A stretch of DNA of 64,000 bases, taken from contig OX597834.1 of assembly GCA_951406725.2 (NCBI GenBank), forward strand, positions 15,438,001 through 15,502,000, read 5' to 3'. Position 1 is the first letter of the stretch. The number at the start of each line of letters is the position of its first letter. Under the pieces are notes generated by a model. That model searched no databases. It worked only from the letters and a program-made list of their open reading frames with translations, and was not told where the DNA came from. This DNA is from Octopus vulgaris. Lineage: Eukaryota. Of the stretch, positions 1 to 11,874 are shown piece after piece. A program made the position numbers and the translations under genes.

Positions 1-7
1 ATTTCAC

Positions 8-408
8 AGGCACAGGAGTGGCTGTGTGGTAAATAGCTTGCTTACCAACCACATGCTTCCGGGTTCAGTCCCACTGCGTGGCACCTTGGGCAAGTGTCTT
101 CTGCTATAGCCTCGGGTCGACCAATGCCTTGTGAGTGGATTTGGTAGACGGAAACTGAAAGAAGCCCGTCGTATATATGTATATATATGCGTGTGTGTGT
201 GTTTGTGTGTCAGTGTTTGTCCCCCTAGCATTGCTTGACAACCGATGCTGGTGTGTTTACGTCCCCGTCACTTAGCGGTTCGGCAAAAGAGATTGATAGA
301 ATAAGTACTAGGCTTACAAAGAATAAGTCCCGGGGTCGAGTTGCTCGATTAAAAGGCGGTGCTCCAGCATGGCCGCAGTCAAATGACTGAAACAAGTAAA
401 AGAGTAAA
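8..408 (+). mobile_element. SINE family A (tRNA-derived head, internal (TA)n(TG)n, (AAAAGAGT)n tail), near full length
   Basis: A-box-like TGGCTGTGTGG, B-box-like GGTTCAGTCCC, CORE-like CCTTGGGCAAG, tail ...gactgaaacaagtaaaagagtaaag. More than 12 related copies occur in the window. Confidence 0.9.
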
Positions 409-425
409 GTGCATATATACATATA

Positions 426-480
<55 letters not shown>

Positions 481-518
481 GCAGGTGATACTATTGTAAA
501 TGTATTTATGCATGGATT

Positions 519-555
<37 letters not shown>

Positions 556-1206
556 ATATCTGTGTATATGTATATGTGTGTATGTATATGTGTGTATGTA
601 TATGTGTGTGTGTGTATGTGTATGTATATGTGTGTGTGTGTGTGTATATGTGTGTGTGTGCTTGCATTGCGTGCGCGAGTGTGTGTGTACACATATATAT
701 CTATGCACAACGCATACGCACACACACACACACACACACACACACCCATAAACACACACACCATTACCTGAAAGATTCAAAACAATATAAAACGCTGCTT
801 CATTCGCTGCAAGTTATGAAATTTTTTTCAATAATGTTCCTCCATTTTATTTTTTCCTGCGTAAAAGCTTATTAGAGAGTTGGCAAGGAATTAACATCTT
901 ACAAACTCGAAGTGTTTTTAACCCTCTCCAGAACATTATAAACAGTTTTATATACTTCTTCTTGGTTTTTTGTAATGTTTTTTGTTTAATATTTTTTTTT
1001 AGTTTTCTCCCTCATTATGAGTTAAACTTGACATCAGGTCAGAGTTTAGATGATTGTAAGCGTTTTAACCCTATTGGTGTCAATAAAATCATTTTTCTTT
1101 TCTATATATATGTGTGTGTGTATGTGGGCGGGTGGCGGTTGTAAGTGTGTATGGAAATATAGGTGTATGTATTTAAGTAAGTATATGTGTGTGTATGTTT
1201 GTGCCT

Positions 1207-1246
<40 letters not shown>

Positions 1247-1360
1247 GTATATATATATATGCACGCAAGTTTATATATATACATGCAGATATATAAATAC
1301 GTATATACACATATGCAAGCATACATATGTATATGCATACCTATATATACCTATATATAT

Positions 1361-1407
<47 letters not shown>

Positions 1408-1752
1408 GTATATATATATATAGATAGATATAGATATATATATATATATATACATGTACACATACACAAATTATTAATACGTTCACATAAATAATAATAT
1501 ATATATATATATATACATACACATACGCATATACATATACATATATACATATATTTATGTGTGTGTATTTACATGTACACATACACAAATTATTCATATG
1601 TTCACATAAATACTAATATATATATACATTCATATACATACGCATATACATGTATATATATGTATATATATATATATATATACATAAATACACGTATATA
1701 CATGTGTGTATATTCTCAAATACATACGCATATGCTCATGTACATATATATG

Positions 1753-1791
<39 letters not shown>

Positions 1792-1895
1792 TCATTTTTG
1801 CATATATATATCTGTGTGTATGTAAAATATACATATATAAATATATATACACAAGCATACATATGTGTGTGTATACGTATATCTCTATGTATGTA
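409..1895. repeat. Compound (TA)n/(TG)n/(CA)n microsatellite region with unique interruptions
   Basis: Dinucleotide runs are directly visible; the ORFs are YI/VC/HT repeats. Confidence 0.9.
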
Positions 1896-2196
1896 TTCTC
1901 ATTTCGTTTTTGTGGTTTTTGGTTTTTCTTTTATCTCATTAAGTAAGTAAATGTGACCCCTGGGTGGCTGTTTACTAAAATAATCATTGGTTATTGACCC
2001 CAATCACCCTTGTTGAACATATTGATCACATCCAAACTATTAAAAGCATTTTGTCCACAAGTTTTGATTTCCCCCACTCCCACCTCTTCTTAATTTTATA
2101 TATGTGTTGTTTGTTTGTGTTTTTTTTCTTTCTTTTTCATCACTATTATTTCTTCTTTTACACCATTAATTATCATCGGAAACCGCTTGCTGACAG

Positions 2197-2286
2197 ACAC
2201 AAAGCAAATTACCTCCCTTCCCTTCCACTCTTCTGGCTACTACAGCAACCCGCATATTTCACCAATGAGCGACGCTTCATGTCCAC
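2197..2286 (+). CDS. Candidate internal coding exon, 90 nt, phase 1-1 (TKQITSLPFHSSGYYSNPHISPMSDASCP), host gene unknown
   Basis: Flanked by ...ttgctgacAG and GTaagg. Length is a multiple of 3, the frame is open, and the Ser/Pro-rich peptide lies in non-repetitive sequence. No homology recognised. Confidence 0.35.
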
Positions 2287-2439
2287 GTAAGGTCGCTTAT
2301 GTCAAGAACACCGGAGAATTATGGGGTAAACCTGTCATGGGTCAAAGATTTTAAGAAGGTCCCGGGGTGGAAGGAAAGCACTTTTATATTGAATTACCTT
2401 TTCTTATAAATCTTTCTAATTCTTTTGTGGTGTTCTGTT

Positions 2440-2770
2440 ATTGTTACTGTTTCAGTCATTATTCTACGGCCATACTGGGACAACGCCTTTAAGAATTCCT
2501 TAGTCGAACGAATCGCCCCCAACAAGTTTTTTTTTAAAGCCTGGTACTTATTCAATCGGTCTTTTTTTTTTTACTGAAACGCAATGTTAAGGAGACGTAA
2601 ACACACCAACACCGGTTGTCAAGATGTAACTTTGCGGTTCAGCAAAAAAAAACAACACCGCTGAAATGACTATCAGACTTGAAATAAAAACTTAAGTATT
2701 TGGACCCATATGTTTGAGTAAAACTCTTCCGGAGTTGCCCCAGCATGGCCGCAGGTCAAAGACTAAAAGA
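2440..2770. mobile_element. Two diverged SINE A-related fragments (- strand ~2440-2622, + strand ~2625-2770)
   Basis: Motifs gtttcagtcatt, aaacacaccaacaccggttgtcaag and ccccagcatggccgcagg match family A. Confidence 0.65.
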
Positions 2771-2832
2771 AAACACAAAACACAAAACAAAAATTGCTAT
2801 ATTTAAAAAAACACTTTAGTGTTCTTTATCTG

Positions 2833-2833
<1 letters not shown>

Positions 2834-2869
<36 letters not shown>

Positions 2870-2940
2870 TGTTGTTGTTATTATTGTTATTATTATTATT
2901 ATTATTGTTATTATTGTTGTTGTTATTATTATTATTATTA

Positions 2941-2993
<53 letters not shown>
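2834..2993. repeat. (ATT/GTT)n trinucleotide microsatellite
   Basis: Directly visible. Confidence 0.95.
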
Positions 2994-3420
2994 TTGCTTA
3001 ATTGATATTCAAATGTAAATATTCATTTTCTTATAATTTAATTTTTTAAATTTTTTTCAAAATTTGCAATGTTAAGTTTTTAATGTCCAATACCACTCTT
3101 CTGCCAAATTTTTATGATTTCGTATCTTTTGAATATTTTTTATTCTTTCTAGTTTTACATAATTAATTGTGACAGAATAAATATTTAAGTCATATATAAA
3201 ATATTATAGGAATTTGGCTTAAACGTAAATTAAAGCTGTGTGATATTCGTTTGAGATCACAGAATTTAAATTGTACTCTACTACAGTAGTCCCTCGCCAC
3301 ATCGCGTTTCATCTATCACGGTTTATTATTTAAGCTTACGTCGATTCCTCTGTGGTGTTGTTTTGCATTTAAAATATAATAAATATAATAAAATATAATA
3401 AATATAATAAAATATAAATA

Positions 3421-4232
3421 AGGCGTACGAGTGGTTGTGTGGTAAGTGGACTGGAAGCACTCCGTCGGTTACGACGATGAGGGTTCCGGTTGATCCGAAT
3501 CAACGGAACAGCCTGCTCGTGAAATTAACGTGTAAGTGGCTGAGCACTCCACAGACACGTGTACCCTTAACGTAGTTCTCGGGGATATTCAGCGTGACAC
3601 AGAGAGTGACAAGGCCGGCCCTTTGAAATACAGGTACAACAGAAACAGGAAGTAAGAGTGAGAGAAAGTTGTGATGAAAGAGTACAGCAGGGATCACCAC
3701 CATCCCCTGCCGGAGCTTCGTGGAGCGATAGGTGTTTTCGCTCAATAAACACTCACAACGCCCGGTCTGGGAATCGAAACCGCGATCCTACGACCGCGAG
3801 TCCGCTGCCCTAACCACTGGGTAAGTAGCTTGTGTGGTAAGTAGCTTGCTTCCCAACTACATGGTTCCGGGTTCAGTCCCACTCCGTGGCACCTTGGGCA
3901 AATGTCTTCTACTATAGCCTCAGGCTGACCAAAGCCTTGTGAGTGGATTTGGTAGACGGAAACTGAAAGAAGCCCGTCGTATATATGTATATATATATAT
4001 ATATGTACGTGTGTGTATATGTTTGTGTGTCTGTGATTGTTCCCCCAACATAGTTTGACAACCGATGCTGGTGTGTTTACGTCCCCGTAACTCAGCTGTT
4101 CGGCAAAAGAAACCGATAGAATAAATAATAGGCTTACAAAGAATAAGTCATGGGGTCGATTTGCTCGACTAGAAGGCTGTGCTCCAGCATGGCCACAGTC
4201 AAATGACTGAAACAAGTAAAAGAGTAAAAGAG
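3421..4232 (+). mobile_element. SINE family A interrupted in its head by a SINE C
   Basis: Head aggcgtacgagtggttgtgtggtaagt (3421-3447) resumes at ~3821; the tail ends at 4232. Confidence 0.85.
3448..3821 (-). mobile_element. SINE family C (tRNA-derived)
   Basis: Near-identical reverse complement of 8454-8842; GGTAAGT repeated on both sides. Confidence 0.9.
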
Positions 4233-4237
4233 ACATA

Positions 4238-4463
4238 TACTCTTTACTCTTTTACTCTTTTACTTGTTTCAGTCATTTGACTGCGGCCATGCTGGAGCAC
4301 CACCTTTAGTCGAGCAAATCGACCCCAGGACTTATTCTTTGTAAGCCCAGTACTTATTCTATCGGTCTCTTTCGCCGAACCGCTAAGTGACGGGGACGTA
4401 AACACACCAGCATCGGTTGTCAAGCAATGCTAGGGGGACAAACACAGACACACAAACACATAT

Positions 4464-4494
<31 letters not shown>

Positions 4495-4658
4495 CGACGG
4501 GCTTCTTTCAGTTTCCGTCTACCAAATCCACTCAGAAGGCATTGGTCGGCCTGGGGCTATAGCAGAAGACACTTGCCCAAGATGCCACGCAGTGGGACTG
4601 AACCCGGAACCATGTGGTTGGTTAGCAAGCTACTTACCACACAGCCACTCCTGCGCCT
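4238..4658 (-). mobile_element. SINE family A, full length
   Basis: Reverse complement of family A from the (ctctttta)n tail to the head cctgcgcct. Confidence 0.9.
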
Positions 4659-4854
4659 ATACAAATCATTAAAATTTTTTTTTTAAATATGCAGTACAAT
4701 ACTGTTTCTTCTTCATGGATTTTCACTTATCGCGGGGGTGGGTGTGTCTGGAACGTATCAGCCACGATAGTCGAGGGATTTCTGTAAATCGTTAACATAA
4801 ATTTAAATGCAGAATTCACCTATTAGAACAAGACCAGCAATTTCGAGATTGGGG

Positions 4855-5021
4855 AGGGGTTAAATCGATTTCATCGACCCCAGTATTCAACTGGTGCTTA
4901 TTTAATCATCGTCGAAAGGATGAGAGCTAATGTCGGCTTGGGTAGAATTTGATTTCAGAACGTAAAGACAAACAAAAGCATTTTGTTCGACGTGCTAACG
5001 ACTCTGCCAGCTCGCCACCTT
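4855..5021 (-). mobile_element. Diverged SINE family B
   Basis: atcgaccccag, gaaaggatga and gctaacgactctgccagctcgcc match family B. Confidence 0.7.
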
Positions 5022-5286
5022 TACAAATTCAAATATTGGTTTTAATTTTGGCATAAGGCCCCAGCAAGTTCGATTGGGAGGTTACAACAACCCCAGTGCT
5101 CTTTTGTGGTACTCTGTTATTATTGCCATTGTTCTTTTATTTTTGACCTGTTTCAGTCATTATTCTACGACCATACTGGGTCAACACCTTTAAGAATTCT
5201 TGAGTCGAACGATTCGCCCCCATCAAGGGCTTTTTTAATGCGTGGTACTTATTCAGTCGGTCGTTTTGTTTTTGTGACTGAAACGT

Positions 5287-5691
5287 ACCTATTTCTTTAT
5301 TACCCACAAGGGGCTAAACATAGAGGGGACAAACAAAGACAGACATAGGTATTAAGTCGATTATATCGACCCCAGTGCGTAACTGGTACTTAATTTATCG
5401 ACCCCGAAAGGATGAAAAGTAAAGTCGACCTCGGCGGAATTTGAACTCAGAACGTAACGGCAGACGAAATACCTATTTCTTTACTACCCACAAGGGGCTA
5501 AACACAGAGAGAACAAACAAACGGATTAAGTCGATTATATCGATCCCAGTGCGTAACTAGTACTTATTTAATCGACCCCGAAAGGATGAAAGGTAAAGTC
5601 GACCTCGGCGGAATTTGAACTCAGAACGTAACGGCAGACGAAATACCGCTAAGCATTTCGCCCGGCGTGCTAACGGTTCTGCCAGCTCGTC
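5287..5691 (-). mobile_element. SINE family B with tandem duplication of its ~184-bp 3' part
   Basis: Units begin at 5287 and 5471 (acctatttcttta...); a single head gccagctcg at ~5681-5690. Confidence 0.9.
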
Positions 5692-5749
5692 AAAAGGAAA
5701 ACAAGGCGATGTTCCGGCAAAACTGTTAGGACGTCGGACAAAAGGGACC

Positions 5750-6100
5750 CACTTTGCCTTCATCTTTTCGAGGTCGATGAAATAAGCACCAGTTGAGCAC
5801 TGGAATCGATGTAATTCACTAGCTTCCTCTCCTTCCCGTCAAAATAAGGACTGTTTTTCCCTCAAAAGAAGGCAACAAGATGGCTGAATCATTAGCACGT
5901 CAGACAAATAACGCTTAGCGGCATTTCGTTCGTCTTTATTTTCTGAGTTCAAATTCCACCCGGGAGGACCTTGCATTTCATCCTTTGCTGAACCAAATTT
6001 ATCCAGAAGTGCACTTGTCGGCTCCAGGATACTACTATAGAAAATACTTACCCAAGGCACCACGCTGTAGGACGAAAGCCATACTCATGTCGTTGGAAAA
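5750..6100. mobile_element. Cluster of decayed SINE B (+) and SINE A (-) fragments
   Basis: actttgccttcatcttttcgaggtcgat, ttctgagttcaaattcc and cccaaggcaccacgc motifs. Confidence 0.6.
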
Positions 6101-7039
6101 TACGATTCTTTCTTTTATTAAACTTGCCATAAAGGCATTACACAGACTAAGGAAGCTTCTTACATGCTTCTTACCAAACAGCCAGGCCTGCTCCTATAGC
6201 CACGATTTTTCTTATTGTTGTTTACTTACTCATGAACCCCTAACAATGGCTGAAAGGCAAGTTTTTAAACACTGAGCTATGGCTGAAAATAATTAAATAC
6301 GTATCTTACAAATTATGCGCTCTTGTATACGTAAATTTGATATTTCTAGCGACAAAGATTTTTACTTTGGAAAATATTCAAATATTTCTGACAAGAATTA
6401 AATTATAAATTCTCTATTCAATGGCGATCCATTTAATATTTTGTTTTTCATAATTTTAACCATAGAGGTCAAACTAAAGAAACTGTAAACCAAATTTATT
6501 AATCGAATTTGGTCTTTGATATTCAAAATATCATTCGCAATTTTTTATTTTAACTTCAACAAAAAGCGCTTTTATAAATTTATATAATTGTTCTGTTGAA
6601 AACAAAATACTTCTCGTTAATACGTTCTTAGAAATTGTTTAAATGTTATTAAAAATTTACAAATTTGTCTGCTTCCTCCATAATAAATATACGTTTTATA
6701 CTAAATAAACAGCAATAAAAACAAAATATAATTAAAAATCATTATCGTAAATAATATATATGAAAAGTTTTTAAATTAATATACTTTAATACAGAATTAT
6801 CAAAATTATTAGAAAACAATCTCATCATTCATCCACGACATATAATATATAAATTTTAGTAAATATATATTTACTTAAGTTTACTTACAAAGTTGTATTT
6901 ATTATCAATATATTTACTTTTATTTGTAAAGCATTCTTCATAATGATTTCTTAAATAAGCAACAGAGGTATCAGATTAGGCGGTCGGTGGGGAGGTCATT
7001 ATTAATACACTCTACAGTTAAATGTATATAACTATTATT

Positions 7040-7331
7040 TACATAAAAATTGAATCAAGTGAATTACAAGGAAACAAAGGAAAAGGGAAAGGGATTAAGC
7101 AGAAGAAGATGGTGGGGAAGAGGTTAATGCGTTGTAAACCCCAGGATGAATGGTATGTATTGGACATGGACACGATGGTATTGACGTGGACAATGCCCAG
7201 TGCCTGCAGCAGCCATCCCATCTTGCAGGACATTTTTTCAGAAGGGCTGCGGTTTTCTCGATTGGGTGGAGGAAATCGGCAGGGCAGGGGCCGAAGTCAC
7301 CTGAGATCTCGACGGCCACAGGCACAAATTG
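7040..7331 (-). pseudogene. Decayed 3' end of a CRE-like RLE non-LTR retrotransposon
   Basis: Minus strand reads QFVPVAVEISGDFGPCPADFLHPI, then after a frameshift MGWLLQALGIVHVN. This resembles the FxPxAxETxGxxG...FL...L.Q.L.I...GN C-terminus of CRE-clade restriction-like endonucleases. Confidence 0.55.
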
Positions 7332-7340
7332 ATAGCGGCA

Positions 7341-7470
7341 CCCCGCCGAGGTTGACTTTGCCTTTCATCCTTTCGGGGTCGATAAATAAAGTACCAGTTT
7401 TGACTTAATCCCCTTGTCTGTTCTTGTTTGTCCCCTCTATGTTTAGCCCCTTGTGGGTAGTAAAGAAATA
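7341..7470 (+). mobile_element. SINE family B 3' fragment
   Basis: ccgccgaggttgactttgcctttcatcc...gtgggtagtaaagaaata. Confidence 0.85.
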
Positions 7471-7931
7471 TATATTTGTTTATTTTTTCTCTTCACTGCG
7501 CAACGTGCTTGCGACCGATGTTGCAAGGTTCGAACCGGGGAACGTGTCACTATGTGTCTTTTCCCAGATTAGGAATCTGCCTCCCACGTATAGGAATTTG
7601 TGCAGTGGTTCACATCAAGGATCAGGAGAAAGAGGAAAGAAGGTCAAATGAGATAAGTGTACACATAGTATAAAACGTATACAGGAGACCCTCCATTCAG
7701 AACCAATCAAGGAATCCCACAGAAGCCTTGTGAGTGGATTTAGTAGACGGAAACTGAAAGAAGCGGTACTTTTGGGAGCTGTACTTTTGTGATCCTTTCT
7801 AACAATTCGATGGTCCCTATCTGAAAGCTTTGGTTTTCTTCCGGAGTTTTATTTCGACGAGAAGGTTTTCCCTTCTTTCTCAAAGGCTGTCATTACTTTC
7901 GAGACAGTACTCTTATATACTCGTATATCTT

Positions 7932-8152
7932 AAAGGGCCGCTTTTCCGGTTTCTATGCCGTATAAATTCCACACCTGAACCGGATGCCGGTCCGTCACAG
8001 GATTACACCTTTTTTGCCATCTGAGTGGACTGGATCCAGGTGAAATGAAGTGTTTTGCTCAAAAACATAATGCATCGCCCAGTCCAGGAATCGAAACCAC
8101 AGTCTTACGATCATGAGTCCAACACCCTAAACTACTGAGCCACGCGGCTCCA
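7932..8152 (-). mobile_element. C-headed SINE variant with a different middle and the D-type tail
   Basis: Head (rc tggagccgcgtggctcagtagtttagggtgttggactc...ggtttcgattcc) is like family C; the tail resembles 54685-54780. Confidence 0.65.
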
Positions 8153-8453
8153 TATCCCACAGATCTAGGATCACCCTGACCACCAAACGCATGAGCCATC
8201 GCCAAACAGTTTTCCAATTCACAGGCGCATGCTTCGAATCGCTTCAGTCATCCCAACCAGGTTTGCTACAATCAGCTGTCACACAAACATTTGACCAATT
8301 TTTGCTTCATGATTTTTCGTAATCTGCACTTTACCAATTTTCACGCGGTTATTAGTATAACCGTCATTTGGGTTTTTGAATAACATGTAACTTTTCTAAT
8401 TCATTTTCTAAAATTACAGAGATACAGGGATTTAAAGACTATAATAGGCGTTA

Positions 8454-8842
8454 TGTGGAGGCGCAATGGCCCAGTGGTTAGGGCAGCGGACTCGCGGTCA
8501 TAGGATCGCGGTTTCGATTCCCAGACCGGGCGTTGTGAGTGTTTATTGAGCGAAAACACCTAAAGCTCCACGAGGCTCCGGCAGGGGATGGTGGTGATCC
8601 CTGCTGTACTCTTTCACCACAACTTTCTCTCACTCTTACTCACTGTTTCTGTTGTACCTGTATTTCAAAGGGCCGGCCTTGTCACTCTCTGTGTCACGCT
8701 GAATATCCCCGAGAACTACGTTAAGGGTGCACGTGTCTGTGGAGTGCTCAGCCACTTACACGTTAATTTCACGAGCAGGCTGTTCCGTTGATTCGGATCA
8801 ACCGGAACCCTCGTCGTCGTAACCGACGGAGTGCTTCCTCTC
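8454..8842 (+). mobile_element. SINE family C, full length, with a 12-bp TSD
   Basis: tRNA-like head ggcgcaatggcccagtggttagggcagcggact...ggtttcgattccc. TSD TAATAGGCGTTA at 8442-8453 and 8843-8854. Confidence 0.92.
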
Positions 8843-9028
8843 TAATAGGCGTTACACACTTACCAACTTGATCCCGTTTCGCACCATAAGTTTATTTCCG
8901 CAGTAAGAATCTTGAGGCAGTTTTCAGTATCAGATTTCTTCCTTTTACATCTTTTCAGAATACTTAGCTGTACAAACTCATTCCCAAAATTAATCGGAAT
9001 ATTTTCATTTAAATACGATATCAAGTAT

Positions 9029-9448
9029 TGTACTTACTTGTACTTGTGACGACATTCACCCTGGGCGGGTTGAGTCGGCTTCAACCAGCACCCTCGAGGC
9101 ATCTCGAATCAATGTTCGCCATTGTATTCGCCATTGAGAATTCATGGAAGAAATTTCGTGGGAATTTGTGGATTTCACAAGCGGTCCCCAACAATCCCGC
9201 ATGTAGAAACATCCTGTTTGCCGCGGGTTGTCCGCAGACGCAGGGACAGAACGACCGAGGAGCCGCCGGTTGCCGAAACAGACTCTCCGAGGATTTTCAC
9301 CAGAACCCCGTCTGCCGGGTTGTGGCCCTAATACCACTTGGTGTCAGACCAATCCGCCTTAGGTGGCCCTACCAGGAACCGAAGTTCCCGACAACATAGC
9401 TCTGACACTACCCGTTGCCAGCGTCCTCACAACGGTGAGGACGAGATG

Positions 9449-9452
<4 letters not shown>
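9029..9452 (-). mobile_element. Internally deleted (bipartite) RTE-clade LINE derivative
   Basis: 5' part gagctatgttgtcgggaacttcggttcctggtagggccacc resembles RTE 5' UTRs. The 3' part encodes QWRTLIRDASRVLVEADSTRPG* followed by a (CAAGTA)n-like tail. Confidence 0.6.
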
Positions 9453-9484
<32 letters not shown>

Positions 9485-9611
9485 CTTATAAAATAAGGGC
9501 AAAAGAAAAATTCTAATGCCAAACATGCCGAAAAAAAGACAAAATTGTCAATAACCATTGTAATTAATGCGTCTCGAAACAAGCTGATAGAAATTTCTAA
9601 AAAATCCGTTA

Positions 9612-9672
9612 TTACCGTATTGGTCCCAATTTCAGAGTTAATTCATAAGAATTTTTTCCTCGTCAGTGATAA
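9612..9672 (-). ncRNA. Type I hammerhead-like motif (imperfect stem I) in a TA-flanked insert (9485-9721)
   Basis: rc: ttatca CUGACGA [stem II incl. aattc-ttat-gaatt] GAAA ttgg-ga-ccaa UA cggtaa. The first stem I pair is mismatched. Confidence 0.5.
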
Positions 9673-9719
9673 ATACGTAAGACATAAATTTTCGAAAAAA
9701 AAATTTATCCTACATTAGT

Positions 9720-9754
<35 letters not shown>

Positions 9755-10178
9755 CTTCCTCTAAGGTTTGATCATTTTATCTCACCAAGATTTTGTTTTT
9801 TATTTGTTTTTGTTTTCTCTGCAGCACTAGTCTAGAGGCAGTTTTCCCTATTAAATTTTTCTCGTTTAGATTTTTGGAGAATGCTTCACTCTACTAAATT
9901 GTCTTGTAAAGTAACAGGAATATAGTACCTCAAAGTCAATATACAGTGTTGCTACTTTTCTCATTTTACCAATTCTTGCCTTATGAGATTTCTTTTACGG
10001 TGCCAATTTTATAAAATAATTTACAGAAATATATTTCTTTCACAAACACCTTCCAAATAAACATACTTTCTAAGTACAAACTTGTAACCAGTTCAAATAT
10101 TCTTGACGCATATTCGTTCTCGTAAGGAAGTCATTCCTTGTATACACAAATTCACATACACACACATACATACATACA

Positions 10179-10219
<41 letters not shown>

Positions 10220-10334
10220 ACATATATATACCTTGGTATGTATGTATATTACTCTGGATTTTTCTCTCAATTAATGTCCCTTTATATACATTCTCTGAAT
10301 GTGTATTTGTGTGTCGGTGTAAAATATATATGTT

Positions 10335-10372
<38 letters not shown>

Positions 10373-10426
10373 TGATATACATACATACATATCCTCTTTC
10401 ACAACCCTGTCTTTTTCCTTTCTCAT

Positions 10427-10457
<31 letters not shown>

Positions 10458-10474
10458 TTTTTTCTTATATCTAC

Positions 10475-10525
<51 letters not shown>

Positions 10526-11350
10526 CGCCTGTACTTCTCTCATTCTCTCTCTTGTTCCTGAACTTCATTCCTTCTCATTATATACGATGACAAGCTTTCA
10601 TCGACCAACACAACAAAACAGTTCTGCTTTTATGATATTACCTTTGCTAGACTCGCATTAGCGGAGCGCATGCAGAGATCTTATAGGAAACAACGAAATA
10701 CCTTAACAGAAGGTTCTGCATACTAAACACTACCATATTGTGTATTGATCCATCTCGGTCGTGCCAACTGTGCAGAATATCCTTTACTGAGCAGGCATAA
10801 TATGATTTTAAACACCCCCTAAAGGGATATTTTGTCTAGTAATTGCATAGATAATCCCAGCTAGTCGAACGTTTTCAACTCACTGCATTATCCATGGGTG
10901 ACACCCTATGGTATTGGAATATATTCAAAGCGTAGCAGAGTGTATATTTTGTTTTGATGTTGTATCAGACGAATGCGAATGACGTGTTTTCACTCAACCT
11001 TCGGCGATCGATATAATACTGGAACCAAAAAGAATCACCGACACCCTTCTTAAAATGCGTTTCATTGACCCTGTGTGAAGAAAAGATATTCTTTTATCAT
11101 TGTTCTCAACTAGTCTTATTTTATTGCGTGCTTACGCAGCGCTATCGAAAGATGTTTGAATATATGCAGCGTTTTGTTATCGGTTGAACTGTTTGGATTC
11201 TATTGAAGGTTTTTAATCAGCAGAAGAATTCGATGTGTCAGTCGTGGTCGTAAGAGCAAACTGCTTTAGACAAACAGCATAGACAAAGTACATGTAACAC
11301 CGAGTTAGGAAACGATGTATGCGGGAATATGAACTCCCATATTAGATATT

Positions 11351-11770
11351 AGATCTTTTCAGTTTGAACGGCAGTTTTTAACATAATTTCTAGGTAACTA
11401 AAAAATTTTAAACTTCGTATACTGGTAGAATGTGTTTATAAAACATCTTTTTCTCTTGGCTTTATTGAGAAAATTCTATACTTTATAAGATATTTGTTGT
11501 TTTTTTTTCTTCAATTTCTGCAATTTCAACCAATCACTGACGTCTATTGAGGTAAAAAAACATTCTGTGCCGTATGAATATGTCCCTCGTTTAAGAAACA
11601 GATAGGGTTTATTTACCTTTCTGAAGAAAAAAAGATACTCTTCCCCCCAACCCCTAACTCTAACCCTAAAACAGATTGAAATGCAATAGATCGATACTAG
11701 GGTCATAATTATGGGTGACAATTTCATATGACACTGCTAGAAAAAACTGCCGTTCAAACCGAAAAGATCC
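11351..11770. mobile_element. MITE with 28-bp TIRs and an 8-bp TSD (Merlin- or Mutator-like)
   Basis: gatcttttcagtttgaacggcagttttt / aaaaactgccgttcaaaccgaaaagatc (1 mismatch). Flanks TAGATATT / TAAATATT. Confidence 0.85.
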
Positions 11771-11874
11771 TAAATATTTACTCTCCTTAGTTATCGCGTT
11801 CTTTTTTAACTTCGTCATAGTATCCCTTACAAATACACTAATATACATAAATAATTTATGTTCTTTAACATTTA

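Larger units (their letters stand above)
3284..4784. mobile_element. Tigger/pogo-like non-autonomous DNA transposon split by three nested SINEs
   Basis: Imperfect TIRs CAGTAGTCCCTCGCCACATCGCG (3284) and CACGATAGTCGAGGGATTTCTG (ends 4784), with TA on both outer sides (3282-3283, 4785-4786). Confidence 0.65.

Noticed and set aside
8454-8535. Functional tRNA gene
   Set aside because: The tRNA-like head continues into a SINE body with a TSD, the stems are imperfect, and no terminator follows.
10680-11340. Non-repetitive stretch, possible old transposon or exon
   Set aside because: No open frame, recognisable motif, TIR or splice pair could be supported.
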